This document shows positions 51,457 through 64,000 of a DNA stretch of 64,000 nucleotides, in pieces. The stretch's first letter is position 1; every line of letters begins with the position of its first letter. The stretch comes from Octopus sinensis. Taxonomy: Eukaryota. The notes beneath the pieces were generated by a model that was not told where the DNA came from, ran no database searches, and saw only the letters and a list, made by a program, of their open reading frames with translations. The position numbers were made by a program, and so were the translations under genes. Location: NCBI RefSeq assembly GCF_006345805.1, contig NC_043006.1, positions 27,466,001-27,530,000 of the forward strand, given 5' to 3'.

Positions 51457-52751
51457 ATCTCTAGTCGTATATCCATTTCCACATTTCCCTCAATTTCTCA
51501 TCTCCGTTATAGTTTATAAACCAAGCTGTCTCCTCAGGAAGCACTTTTACATAATCCAGTACTCCGAAACTGTATGTAGAGGTTATAATTGCGTGGGGCA
51601 TGCGTAAGAGTTGAAAAAACTGGAAAATAGTTTTTGCAAAGTAATTACATATGAAAAGAGGAGATTGAAAAAAATGGTATTTTTTATTCACTATTACATG
51701 TGTTTCATCTGTTAATAAGAGTAACAAAATTGTACATGTAGGAGAAACATGTAAGCTGTAGGGCAGGATTCATGACAGACGATCTGTAGACAGGAACTTC
51801 GTAGAGGGCTAGCTACGGAGTTGGTCAGCAGCAAAGGTGACTTTCGGTTTGAGGAGGGAAACAAAATAATGTTAGCAGTGAACGTTAAACGAATCTGAAT
51901 CAACTAAACAGAAATAACTGGAGACTTAAGACTTGATGTACGTAAAGTAGTAAACCTTTGATAAATATATTCTTATCTCTACAAGTTTGTTTGTGTATAG
52001 CTTAACAAAGCTATAAAGCTATCTTCTACAAGAAATATTTCTGAGAGAAGATCAAATAATACAAAATTTACGTTCCTGATTACTAATTATTAATTAAAGC
52101 TTCATCCAAATGTAAATTTTGCATTATTTGTTTCTCTGCCTGATGAATTTCTAATAGGATATATCTTACATGTTTCTGTAACATGTACAATTTTTTAACA
52201 CGTGCAATGGTGAATATATAATTACCCCAATTTTTTTTCAAATTTCCTGTTTCGATACATATATACATTTTATATATATTGAGTCAGACGTACCCATACT
52301 TGCTCGTAAATTCTTAATTAAGGAAATTACAGGAGAACCGGAGGAAGAAACAAAACTAAGATGGACGCTATGTCAAAATTGAAGACAGACGTCTCGATAA
52401 AAGTATCGATTCAAGACAAAATACGAAACGGTGGACAATAAAATTATCGAGGCAATATCGAAAATAGACACAGAAAAACATAGCTGAGAAAATGAAAGAG
52501 ATGTGGATTAAAGATATTACAAAGGGAGAAAGTAAATCAAGAAGACATTTATAGCAAAAGAAACAATTGATCCTTGGTTATGCTGAAAACTACGGTAATG
52601 ACACCTCAGTACCACGTAAAAGAAATATAAGGAAGCAACCTAACCAACACAACATACACGAAAACATGTCAACCATAAAGGAAATACGGTAAGAACTTTT
52701 TATCATTTAAAAATACAAAGAAACATACCAGTTACGTAACATACCAGAATA

Positions 52752-52976
52752 ACTATTTCTTTACTACCCACAAGGGGCTAAACACAGAGAGGACAAACAA
52801 GGACAGACAAACGGATTAAGTCGATTATATCGATGCCAGTGCGTAACTGGTACTTAATTTATCGACCCCGAAAGGATGAAAGGCAAAGTCTACCTCGGCG
52901 GAATTTGAACTCAGAACGTAACCACAGACGAAATACGGCTACGCATTTCGCCCGGCGTACTAACGTTTCTGTCAGA
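52752..52976 (-). mobile_element. tRNA-derived SINE (MetaSINE-like) inserted in the PLE
   Basis: Same family as 26142-26365; 11-bp TSD ataccagaata at 52741-52751 and 52977-52987. Confidence 0.9.
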
Positions 52977-53724
52977 ATACCAGAATACCATAAACAAAAC
53001 AAACATTCCTTTGATAAAAACGTCAGTAAACAAAACAATTATTCATTTGATCAAAATATTAAAGGAAGAAAAGCTGGGAAGGAATCACATTAAAGACCTC
53101 AACAAAAATTACGTATTAGAAACAGAACAAAAAACAAACTAGACCGTCAAATAAACCCAAAAAATTATTTTCACAAATTGAAAATATAGATAATATACCC
53201 ACACCAAGGTACAAAAGATAAATCATACTTAACCAAACACTACAACTAAAATACAAAACTCACCAGATAAAAGATGTTAATAATAGAAGAAATAATAGAC
53301 AAAAAAAGAATCTATTTTTTTAGGTTCAAGACAAGAAACACCGGAGAAAGAAAAAGTCCAAGAAGAAACAACTCTAAAACAACTGATAAGATAGACCCTA
53401 AAATTATTAATTTGTCAAAAAGAAATATAGACAGTGACGAATTTCGATTATTGATGAAAGGACTAAAATTCACACCAACACCTACAGTCAACCATCAGGA
53501 ATTGGAGAAAGATATCCAAAACTTTTGTCGGAAACTACTTGTGGAGTTTTTTTTACTAATAAAAATAATGAGAATGACGAATCCTTGGCGAAGAATAAAT
53601 CAAAATTTAACACCCACAAAAGGACGAAATACACATCTAGATCAGTTCATTGATATCCTCATCAGATTTCCTCTGGATTTCTGCATCAACGTTAGACCAA
53701 ACACTTAAAAACTAGAAAAGTCTG

Positions 53725-53930
53725 CTCTTATATGTCTTTAAAATGCGTGTAGAGACAATTGACCAACAGACAATTCCCACACTGCCTCAGACTCAACACG
53801 GAGGCCTACATCAAGTGCCTGGAGGAGGTTGTGCTGCTCTGGGTCACGAGGCTGGTTGCTGGAAAACCCTATGTCTGGCAACAGGACTCTGCACCATACC
53901 ACACAATTGTCCTGTCTGTAAGTTGTCTGT
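53725..53930 (+). mobile_element. Tc1/mariner transposase fragment inserted in the PLE
   Basis: RLNTEAYIKCLEEVVL.W...KPYVWQQDSAPYHT. Confidence 0.8.
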
Positions 53931-56779
53931 TAGTCAACTGTCTGTCGAATAATTGTCCGTCTATCTTTAAAATGACAACACAATTGTCATCAAACAAGCG
54001 GATAAAGGGGGTGCCATTGTTATAATGGATACGGAATATTACCGGGATTTAGCTGAAGATCATTTGAAGGCTACAACGTTCTATCGTGAAATACCCTCAA
54101 ATATTGACCACCGCATCATGAAGAAACTCAATTATTTAATCTTAAAACATTATAACTCCCTCACTCCTAATGAAAGGCACTATATTACCAATTTTGTGTT
54201 GAAATCCAACAACTTCTATGGCTTACCTAAAATACATAAGTCAAAAGAAATACAAAACGCTATAAAAGAACAAGTTAATGAATACATAAAACTGCTGCAA
54301 CCAAAAGATCTTAAACTAAGATCCATTAAACCTGGTCCAGCTTATCCCATACATCGTCTGAGCAACTTCATTGTCACTATGTAGTCACATATCCAGTTTC
54401 ATTCGGGATGACATCAATTTCCTCTCACATCTGCCCAAAACAACAGAATCTAGTAAACTTATATACGGACATTTCACGTGATTTGGGAATTGCTACCATA
54501 AAATATTGGGTCGAGAAACAGAGAGAAGTGATCGCCAGTAGATTTACAGCAACTTTCATACTAGGCGTGGTCAGCCTAATCCTCGAAAACAATACATTCC
54601 TTTTCAACGGAAAGACTGCCTCCAAATTCGAGGCACAACTATGGGGACGCGATTTGCTCCAGTTTTCGTGAACTCAGTATTGGGATACTTGGAACAAAAC
54701 CTATTTTTTAAAAATTGAAGGGAACTACGGCATGACCTTTAGAAGACATATAGAGGACACATGGAAAAGATACCTCGATGATTGTTTCCTAATTTGGACC
54801 AAATTCCTAGAAAATCTGGAAGAATTCAGCACCCTCCTCAACAATCTACACCCTAGTCTCAAATTCACAAGAGAAATGAGCAACATACAATTACCAATTC
54901 CTGACATAATGGTAATTAAAAACAACACCACAATCACAACTGATATTTATTACAAAAGCACAGATACACACCAGTACTTAAATTTCAAATCATGCCACCC
55001 AACACACACAAAACGCAACATCCCGTACTGTCTAGCCAGGAAAATTTATGCTACAGCAGATGATCCAAATACCAGGACTTGTAGAACTCAAAAGGATTTC
55101 TGCTCAAGCGAAAATACCCTCTCCTACTTATAGAAAATAGCATACAACGAGCAAAAAAGATATCTAGAGAGTAACTTAGGGCAACACGAGAAAAACGAAC
55201 CTATCAACTGAACACAACACCATTTCTAGTAACGTACAATTCGCATCACCAAAACATTTTTAACATCATCAAAACAAATTTGCCAATCATGAAACAAAGT
55301 GAAAAACTTTAAAAAAAACATAATAACTAATCATACACTTATCTTAAGCAAAAGGTAACCACATAACCTAAAGAAACTATTAACAAAGGGAAAATTCAAC
55401 ATGAACAAGCAGGATAAAACATTCACAATATCCAAGTGTAATAACAGATGTGGAACGTGTCAATATATGCATACTGGTAGATCCATTAGAACATAAAACG
55501 GACAGATTTTTGCAAATGCAGATATGAACTGCAAAACCAGAAATTTAATCCACTGCATTAAATGCCCTAATTGCGAGGAACTATATATTTCGAGACAAGG
55601 AATGCATTATCGGAACGCTCACGAGTCTACAGACAACAAATCCGAACACTAATGTTCGCCAAATTCCGTTGAGCGAACATATAGAAACATGTGGTCAGAA
55701 AATGCTTCTAATTTTTCCTTTCCACAAGCTACATGACACGAGTGAGGCTGAAAGAAAGATAAAAGAAAAACGTTTAATTAAAATGTTCAAACCTGTTCTG
55801 AACGGAAATAACAACAATATTATAACAACCAGTTAATGATGTGGATTAAAAAATATATTTAATATATGAATATAAACAAATTATGGGAGACTCCCACCAA
55901 TCGAAATAAAACCATTACGTGTAAACCGCAAGCGTATTGATTAAAATAAAGGCGGGATCTATGCCAGTAATATCGGTGCGCCCGGCGGACCGTGACGTTT
56001 AAGCTGTATGTGGATTGGTAAAAACCGTATTCGAAAAATCCAGCTTGTTGGAGCCTTGTTAGAGGTATAAAAAGGAAGAACTCAGTCATTTTACTATAGT
56101 TAAGACCTCAACTGTCAGTCAAGTACATTTTGAAACCTGATGATTACTACAAACGTATGAAAGCGTTAATTAAACTTGATGAACGTTAAAAAATATTTTT
56201 TTAATGTTTAACACACTTCAACATTGTAAAAAAATTTTTTTTAATACAATAATATAAAACGTGAAAACCAGACCATGTTTTAACTTTATTCAACTGATAT
56301 ACACACACACTCCGGCACTTGGGCTATTCGGACTTAGCCGGAGTATAAATTTAGTAACATGAACATGTATTTGCAAACTGATTTAATTTCTGCTAACATA
56401 TAAATTGCAGCCAATAACTCGGGCTCCTTTTATTGAACTTGGTCGCAGTTCATTTCTTTTCGTTCAGCGTCTTAGAGGTGCCCTTTATCAAAAAATATCA
56501 TTCGTAGCAGTTGCTCTCTTGACATCGTTCACACGCGCCTGACTCAACCTCAGAAGTTACAGCTCGAGTTGTTATCTATAATTGTAAGAATTAAAAGTAA
56601 TTCAAATTCAATATTTTCTTGAAACAATAAATTTCTATAGAGATTGGGATTTAAATTCAAATCTATGAAAAGTTTCCGTTCTACAATATTCTTAAATGAA
56701 CGAAAAATTATCCAGCAACTTGGTTAATACGAACGAGCCTGGTAGGTGTAAAAAAGACTGTGCTTTTACATACATACAT

Positions 56780-57303
56780 GATGGCCACCCCCTCGTTATC
56801 GAGTATGGCCATTGCACGAAGCTTAACTGTTATTGGTGCTGTGATCGAATGTGACTTTTTAGCCCAGCTAAAGATCTACAATGTCTTGTACAGAATTGGC
56901 AACTAAAACCTTTACCGGTAATAGCCGGTTGTAGTTGTAACTGGGCTTCATGTACCTTTGTATGTCGTTTAAGTCCTCCTGCCGAATTACACTCTCTTCC
57001 ACATGCCCGACAGACATGATTAGTATGGTGTGTTACACCATACCAGTGGCCAGGTTGTCACTCATCTGTCTCGCTTTATGACTACGAAGATGACTCTTGA
57101 GTCCAGCTTTACTGAGGCAGGGTCTTGCACAGACACTGCATGTCAGCATCATAGGAAGACCATTCCCATCTGGAAGTGTAATAGCGATGCCCTTCCTGAC
57201 ACCCCTCCTTACTTTCTCATGTGCAACTCGAGATTTCTTAAAAGTAGCTGTCCTTTCGTGCACAATCCTTCGCCACCTGCTACGATCAATAGCTATGCCT
57301 TCT
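56780..57303 (-). mobile_element. Third 3' copy of the triple-C2H2 RTE family
   Basis: CSVCARPCLSKAGLKSHLRSH and the same 3' UTR; (ACAT)n on both sides. Confidence 0.85.
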
Positions 57304-57529
57304 CATACATACATACAAACATACATACACACACTCATACACGTACGTATGTATGTATATATTAATATCTAGCAGAAATAACAGAGTGACCACGGTCTGA
57401 AGGTTTCGTGCGTTGGCACTTAAACTTTGACTCACTCAGTTACTTCTGATAAATTTTAATAAAAATATACATATACGCATATTCTGAGTTCTACTTTTCT
57501 TTGCAACACTACACCTATATATACATATA

Positions 57530-58425
57530 CAGGGGTTGGACAAAATAATGGAAACACCTTAAAATTTCAAACAAATTTATTTTAATATGGGGTAGGACCG
57601 ACTTTCGCACTATTTACAGCTTGAATTCTACGAGGTATGGACTCGTACAAAGTTTCCAAAGGAATTTTTGTCCATTCTTCAGCTAAAACAGTCTCCAGTT
57701 CTTGTAGTGATGATGGTGGAGGATATTGACTCCTTACATGTTTTTCTAAAATACATCATAAATGTTCAATAGTATTGAGATCTGGGGACTGTGGTGGCCA
57801 GATAAGATGTTCAACTTCACTAGAATGTTCCTTGTGCCATTCAGTAACAACTTTAGCTGTATGAATTGGTGCATTATCATCCTGAAAGATTGCATTTCCC
57901 TCCAGAAACAGTTCCGCAACCATAGGATGAATTTTATCAGATAAAATGCTTAAATAGTCTTGACTATTAACCCTGCCATGAAGGGAAACCATTTCACCGG
58001 CAGATTTCCAAGATATAGCCCCCCCCTCCCCAGATCATCACTGATCCTCCTCTATGTTTAACAGTTGGAAGAAGGCAGACTGGGTCAAATGCTTCTTTTG
58101 GCTATCTCCAAACGTATACTCGGCTGGTGGTCGGAAATAAGGTAAAGGATGACTTGTCCAAGAAAATAACATTCTTCCACTGCTCTAGGAACAAATTGTT
58201 TGTTTTTACTCCACTCTAAACGCTTTGCATCTTTTGTTTTTGAAAGTAGCGGTTTTCTGATTGCAGCCCTCTCGTGAAATCCGGCTTTGTGCAGCTCCCG
58301 ACGAAGTTTTTGTGGAAACTGGGTTCTCGAGGTGGTCATTAAGCTCTGCAGTAATTTTGGGAGCTGTACCTTTGTGATCTTCTAACAATTCGCGTAAGAG
58401 TCCGACAGTCCCTAGCTGAAAGTTA
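57530..58425 (-). mobile_element. Tc1-family transposon, truncated
   Basis: TA|caggggttggacaaaataatggaaacacc TIR; FQDDNAPIHTAK...WPPQSPDLNTIEHL; LRRELHKAGFHERAAIRKPLL. Confidence 0.9.
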
Positions 58426-58819
58426 TTTTTTCTTCCGAGACAAAGACAATATTTATAGACATATGTATGTATGTATGTATATATATAAATATATATATAT
58501 GTATATATACACATGCAATACGATAAACATGCGAGCAAAACATGGGTGAGGAAAAAACTCCTCACGGAAAATAGGGCCTTTGTACAATTTGTAACAAAAG
58601 GAGGTCCTTTGTATATTTAGAAAAGTTGAATTTTTACCATGTCAGTGATGAAGGTATGGTCCTTGTGGAGTTCATAGTAAAAATTAAGTATTTTGAGTGT
58701 TCGTACAGAAATTATAGACTTTGTAAACTTCAAACAGAAAGAGAGGGAAAAGAAAATACAGTATTGAGGCAGTTTCAATATGTAGTCTGTTGAAATTAAT
58801 ATATTGAAAATCACTCATG

Positions 58820-61800
58820 TAAATCACTCACCTGAAAATTGTGTCCTAATTGAGGACCTTTCGCCCGCTTCTTGTACGAGGTTGCTGTGGGGATGTTGAA
58901 GGGCTTGTGGAAGGCTTGACAATGTTGACAATGTCGTGTCCGTTTGGTGAGGAGTTGATGCTGATGATGCTGAGTTGAAACTTACGATAGCTTTCTTAAG
59001 GCGATCAATGCTGATAGTTTTTCTTTCCATTTATGTCGATGATGAAACATTTCTTTTCTCTGAAGTACCCTGTTGGGACCTGAGTACAGTGGGCGAAGTT
59101 GTGATGGTATTCCATCGTTCTGGGCAAAAACGTGCGTCCATTGATTCATGTCCGATGGGACATACGTGCCGACGTTATGGGAACGAGAGCCATTAGGTAG
59201 GTCATGGGACATGTGTGTTCGGAGACGATGTACATATGTTGTTGGATCAGGAAAATGCTGTGGAGGAACAGGAGTGATCATCTGCCCAAGTAGGATCAGT
59301 GTGGTACCGTAAACCTATTTCGCCGGTGAATATCCGATACCATATTTGACGGATACGCGAATACTGAGGAGAATTAGTGGTAGGAATGCCAACCAGTTAA
59401 CAGGATTTGGGTAAGCTTTGATAGCTGCTTTAAGTTGGCAGTGGAAATGTGCAACCATACCGTTAGCCGCAGGGTGATACACTGTTGTATGGGTGTGTTT
59501 ACACCCAAGGAGATGAGTCAGCTTGGAGTAAATGTGGGAATCGAACTGACGTCCTCTGTCCGTAGTAATCGTCGTGGATGTGCCAAAACGCAAAACCCAG
59601 TCAAACACTAGCGTTTCCGCAGAAGTATCCGACAGGGGGGAAGCTTCAGGCCGGCGAGAAAATCTTTCGACGCAGGTGAGAAGGTGAGTGCAGTTGCGAG
59701 AAAGAGGTTGAGGTCCAACGATATCTATATGCACGTGTTGGAAACGTGCATCAGGTGTTGCGAAAGTGCCGAGTGGTGATTTTACATGATGATGGATTTT
59801 CGCTCTTTGACATGCGATGCAACTCCTAACCCAAGCGCTGATGTCTTTGTTAATATTCGTCCACATAAAACGAGTTGGTATCATTTTCTGTGTTGAGCAC
59901 GTAAGGGCGTTCATGACTGATGGAAGTATCGCACCACATATGACCGGCAGAAGAAGGTAGTGGAAATAGCTGGAATTTAAGGGACAACGAATTCCGAAGC
60001 TTAATAAGCTCTTCGTTGCCTTCCTGATCTGCTGCGATTGATTGTTGCTGGGCGTGCAATGCATTGAGTTGGATGCGTGAGAGCGCGTCTGCTGCTGCGT
60101 TGGCCGAACCTTTGATATACCAAATATCCGTGCGAGATGAAGTCGAGGTGACGAACTTCTCTAGATGAGTGGCGATCAGGTGTCACGTTGAAAGCGTATA
60201 CAAGTGGTTTGTGATCCGTATAGATGCTGAAAACAGACACTTCTAACATATTGTGAAAATGTTTGACAGATAGATACGCTACCAGCAATTCACACTCGAA
60301 AGTACTGTATTTAGCCTCTGCGGGCTGAAGTTGCTTCGAAGAGAAGGATAAGGGTTGCCAAACGCCATCCACTAACTGTTGAAGTACACCACCGAATCTG
60401 GAAAGAGACGCGTGAACCAGTACACAATAGAGCATCAGGTTTTAGATAAACCAGTATCACAGCCCTAGCCAGCAAATCCTTTAATTTATTGAAAGAGGCT
60501 AACTCTGCTTCGCTTAGCATTATTGCATGATTCCTCCTCGGTTTGTTGCGAATAAGATCCGTAAGTGGCTGAGCTGCTTCAGCGCAGTGAGAGAGGAACC
60601 GCTGGTAAAAATTAATTAATCCTAAAAACTCGAGTAATTTCCAGAGGATGTAGGTGTAGGAAAGTTGACTATGCAATCCATTTTTTCGGGGAGGGGACAA
60701 ATTCCATCCTTGTCGACGACATGTACGAGAAATGGTAATGATGTGACTCCGAAGATGCACTTACTCGTGTTAATTACAATACCGTACTCAGCTAGCCACT
60801 GGAAAAGTTGATGCAAATGTCCCTCATAATTACTCTATGTAAGCGTTGACAAACGGTAAACCCTGTGTGACGGTATCCATAAAGCGCTGGAATGTCTACG
60901 CGCCGTTACGCAGACCAAAAGGCATCCACAAGAACTCGAACAGTCCGAAGGGTATGTTGATGGCCGTCTTCGAATCATCAGCAGGTTCGACCGAGATCTG
61001 ACTATAGGCACACACAAGATCGACGTTGGAGAATATTCGAGCTTCGTTCAGTGAGCCGGAAAAATCGTAGAAGTGTGGTATGGGGTTGGTGTCGGGCACT
61101 GAAGAATTGTTGGGAGCTTGAAAGTCCTCGCAAGGGCGCCAGCCGTTCATCTCTTTCTTGAGTACCAAATGGAGTGGAGTGAACCAACCGCTGCTGGATG
61201 GCTGAATAATCTCCAGATCCAACATGTGTCGGAACTCCTGTTTAGCAACCCTCAAGCGGTCGCACAGCAAATAGGTGGGCTGATCGTTTTAATGTGGTGA
61301 GTAGCATCGTGTTTGGTGTCCTTGTTTCGGAACATTAGTCGAGTGATGTCCAGGTATTGGCAGAGAATAGTATCGTATCAGCTAGGAGAGGACCCACTGT
61401 GGATGTACGTGCAGTTATACCATGCACAGTGAGGTTAGTTAATGTATCAACGAGTCTGCCACATTTGACACTGACCAGGAGGCCGAAGTGATGCAAAAAA
61501 TCAACTCCTAGAATAGGGGTTGGTAACTTGGCAATGATGGAAATCCACTGGAAAACACATTGAAGGCCTACATTTAGCGTGAGGGACTGTTCACCAAAAG
61601 TCTGGATGGGCGATTAGCTAAATGCCTGAAGAAAAGTTGGTGTCTGTTTTCTATTACCTGAAGTTAGAGAAACGGAAATGATACTAACCTCAGCACCAGT
61701 GTCGATAAGAAACAAGTACCTGTTGAGCGATCATTAATGAAGAAAAGGTGATTTGGTTTACTGGCACCAGGAGCATTCGCCGCCCTTAAACCTCCTAGAC

Positions 61801-62060
61801 TGGTAGAGGTATTTACTCTGAATGCACAGGGTGGGTTGCAGAAACGAGCCCGTTTGCCGAATTTCTGGTGATGATAGCAAAACCGAGGAGATCTCCGAAT
61901 GATGCTGGGACTCCTTGAAGATTGTTGACACGCCAAGGTTGGTTATGCATATGTAGTGATCAGTTACGAAATTTCAGCCCCTGTAATTGCGCCAAAAGAG
62001 CTTGTATTTGCGCAGGAAAGCTTTCTCTCTCCTTCGGTCTGGTTGCCTCTGGTGGTCTGT
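58820..62060 (-). mobile_element. Ty3/Gypsy gag-pol pseudogene
   Basis: FCYHHQKFGKRARFCNPPC (gag end); FLIDTGAEVS at 61691-61706; PFGLFEFLWMPFGLRNG; QPLSFSSKQL; FQHVHIDIVGP; many frameshifts. Confidence 0.92.
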
Positions 62061-62266
62061 TTGGAACTGCTCATATTTATAAAAATGCAAACCAGTTCTA
62101 ACAATTAACGTAGGTCACTCCTTATCTATTTCAACATTTCATGGTGTAGAAAAGGTTAAGAGTCAAGTGGAAAACACAAATCTATGTTCTCCCTTGACAG
62201 AACAATAGAACACATTTTCTAGATTCGATTTCGAATCTCAGGTAGGACCAAATGAGGTCTCTACAT

Positions 62267-62359
<93 letters not shown>

Positions 62360-62369
62360 CACACACACA

Positions 62370-62412
<43 letters not shown>

Positions 62413-62599
62413 ACACACACACAGGCATGGATAGGCATCACAGGTAAGTATTTTCTACTATAACCTACAGCTGACCAAAGCCTCTTAAAGAAATATGATA
62501 AATGGAAAATGAAAGAAGCTCATCACACAGGGTATTCAGGCTAAATTTGATGATTTTTTATTCGTTCCCTTTCATCAGAAACAGCTTGATGTATTGGTG

Positions 62600-63480
62600 A
62601 ACAGTTAATGGCATTGCAAAACATAGAAATTAATTTTGTAGTTAAGAAAAAGTTAGCTGACATGGAGGACTGAAAGCCATCTGAATATTGGAAAAGATTT
62701 ACTTGTATCATGATTCGTGACAAGTATCAAAATGTTGACATCATAACTACTGCTTAATGCATTGGTAAGTTTTTTAGGGATTAGGGTTGTCTCTTCCCTT
62801 TTATTATTTTATGGGTTTCAAATGCTTTTTTTAAACATGGGTCTTGACTCAGTAGTGGAATGTTATTGTATATAATTGTGTAATCTTCTGTATTTCTTGG
62901 ATTGTGTGTTGAGGGATATGAGAGACTGTTTAATGTACCTTGAGTGTGTTTTGGTTTTTGTAAGTCTTGGATATCAATGTCTTGGCCTGTTCTATTCCAT
63001 TGTCAACTAATGATGCTGGATACTGTCTTTTGAGAAGAATTTCCATTAGTTCTTGGAGTCTTTTATTTCGTGTTTCATAATTTGAGACAATTGTACAGAT
63101 TCTTCTCACTAGATTGAAGGAGATGTTTGTCTTCATGCGCTTTGGGTGATTGGAGGTGAACAAGAGGTATTGTTTGGAATCAGTCAGTTTGTAGTGGATA
63201 TCAGTTTCAATGTTGGTGCTTTTTTTTACAATAAGAATGTCTAGAAATGGGAGTTGGTCTTGACAATATTCCATTGTAAATTGGATATGGTTGTTGGCGC
63301 TGTTGATTAAATTTTTAATTCATTGAGTTGGTCGAATGTGTGGGACCATAAAATGACGCAGTGATCCAAGTAGTGTTTCCAATTCTCCAACAGATACTAT
63401 TGGAAAAAAAGGCCATATTTTAATTTGGATTGTTCATGTATTTGTATTTCCAGGTAGGCCATCACCAGATTTTTGATGAA
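62600..63480 (-). mobile_element. Penelope-like element RT C-terminal fragment
   Basis: LPFLDILI...DIHYKLTDSKQYLLFTSNHPKRMKTNISFNLVRRICTIVS. Confidence 0.85.
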
Positions 63481-63491
63481 CTTATAAAGAA

Positions 63492-63920
63492 CTAGCAGCA
63501 TAGTCCGGCGTTGCCCGGGTATGTAAGAGCCCCTAGTAGGCAACGGCTAATCCCAATCGGGTCCTTTCTCTCTAGGGAACGAAGGCGCATGTGTAGGTTG
63601 CAATGTCTTCTCTTCACTCGAATACTTCTGTGTATACGATGTTCCTAGCTGTCCCTTTGGGCGATAAAAAGGTCGAGTTGTGTCCCCTAGACAGAAAATG
63701 TGTTGCATATAAAAAGCTTAGATTCTCGACCCCATGTCGAATTTATCGATTTTTTCAGAACTGGGGGAACTTTTTAAAATTTTCGCTGCGTCAGTTTTGA
63801 ATTATGACATTGGGCTATGTGTGTCAAGTTTCATCAGAATCGGTTGAAAGCCGTGGTCAGGGTGAGGGTACAACCTGACAGACACACAGACAGACAAACT
63901 GCCGTTTATATATAGAGAGA
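63492..63920 (-). mobile_element. Non-autonomous Helitron
   Basis: 5' A|TCTCTCTATATATAAACGGC, 3' hairpin acccgggcaacgccgg and CTAG|T end; no TSD. Confidence 0.85.
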
Positions 63921-64000
63921 TTATGAACTTATTTTACTACCTATTTTGAACACTTTTATGTAAACTGTTTAAACACAAAGCCCCTCTTAACATTTTCTTA

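Larger units (their letters stand above)
52290..56300 (+). mobile_element. Near-complete Penelope-like element (N-terminus, RT, GIY-YIG, 3' pLTR), inactivated
   Basis: KIINLSKRNIDSDE..LLMKGLKFTP; DKGGAIVIMD; NFYGLPKIHKS; KRYLDDCF at 54764-54787; STDTHQYLNFKSCHP; CKTRNLIHCIKCPNC; KMFKPVLN. Confidence 0.9.

Noticed and set aside
51461-51580. Possible terminal exon FGVLDYVKVLPEETAWFINYNGDEKLREMWKWIYD
   Set aside because: Weak acceptor, no partner exons, no recognised family
62232-62266. Minus-strand TGTAGAGACCTCA-tt-TGGTCCTACC resembling an LTR end plus primer-binding site upstream of the Gypsy remnant
   Set aside because: Only 13 nt of putative LTR, and I could not match the PBS to a tRNA 3' end at the correct spacing

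Overview
Eukaryotic, AT-rich, microsatellite-laden DNA. The SINE, RTE, Penelope, Gypsy and Helitron families resemble those I recognise from Octopus (coleoid cephalopod) genomes; the species is inferred from repeat content only. Most ORFs in the supplied track are simple-repeat artefacts or decayed transposon fragments. The only credible host-gene piece is a minus-strand first coding exon (23284-23068, ACC-ATG start, GTAAGT donor). It resembles the N-terminus of a polycystin-2 (PKD2/PKD2L1-type TRPP) channel. I found no exon 2 downstream, so bases 1-23067 are probably intron 1. The rest is layered mobile DNA: tRNA-derived SINEs, RTE and CR1-type LINEs, Penelope-like elements (PLEs), Ty3/Gypsy pol remnants, Tc1/mariner, hAT, piggyBac and fold-back MITEs, non-autonomous Helitrons and two local duplications. 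The most notable observations are: (1) PLE-associated hammerhead ribozyme motifs of three structural types, including an intact-core copy lying sense in the PKD2-like intron with compensatory stem changes between copies, and a G3:C8 core-swapped variant inside a 138-bp fold-back insertion; (2) an RTE family with three C-terminal C2H2 fingers whose copies sit in (ATGT)n tracts; (3) a duplicated head-to-head SINE pair able to form long dsRNA; (4) a pri-miRNA-like hairpin. All calls are by eye, and coordinates of decayed elements are approximate.
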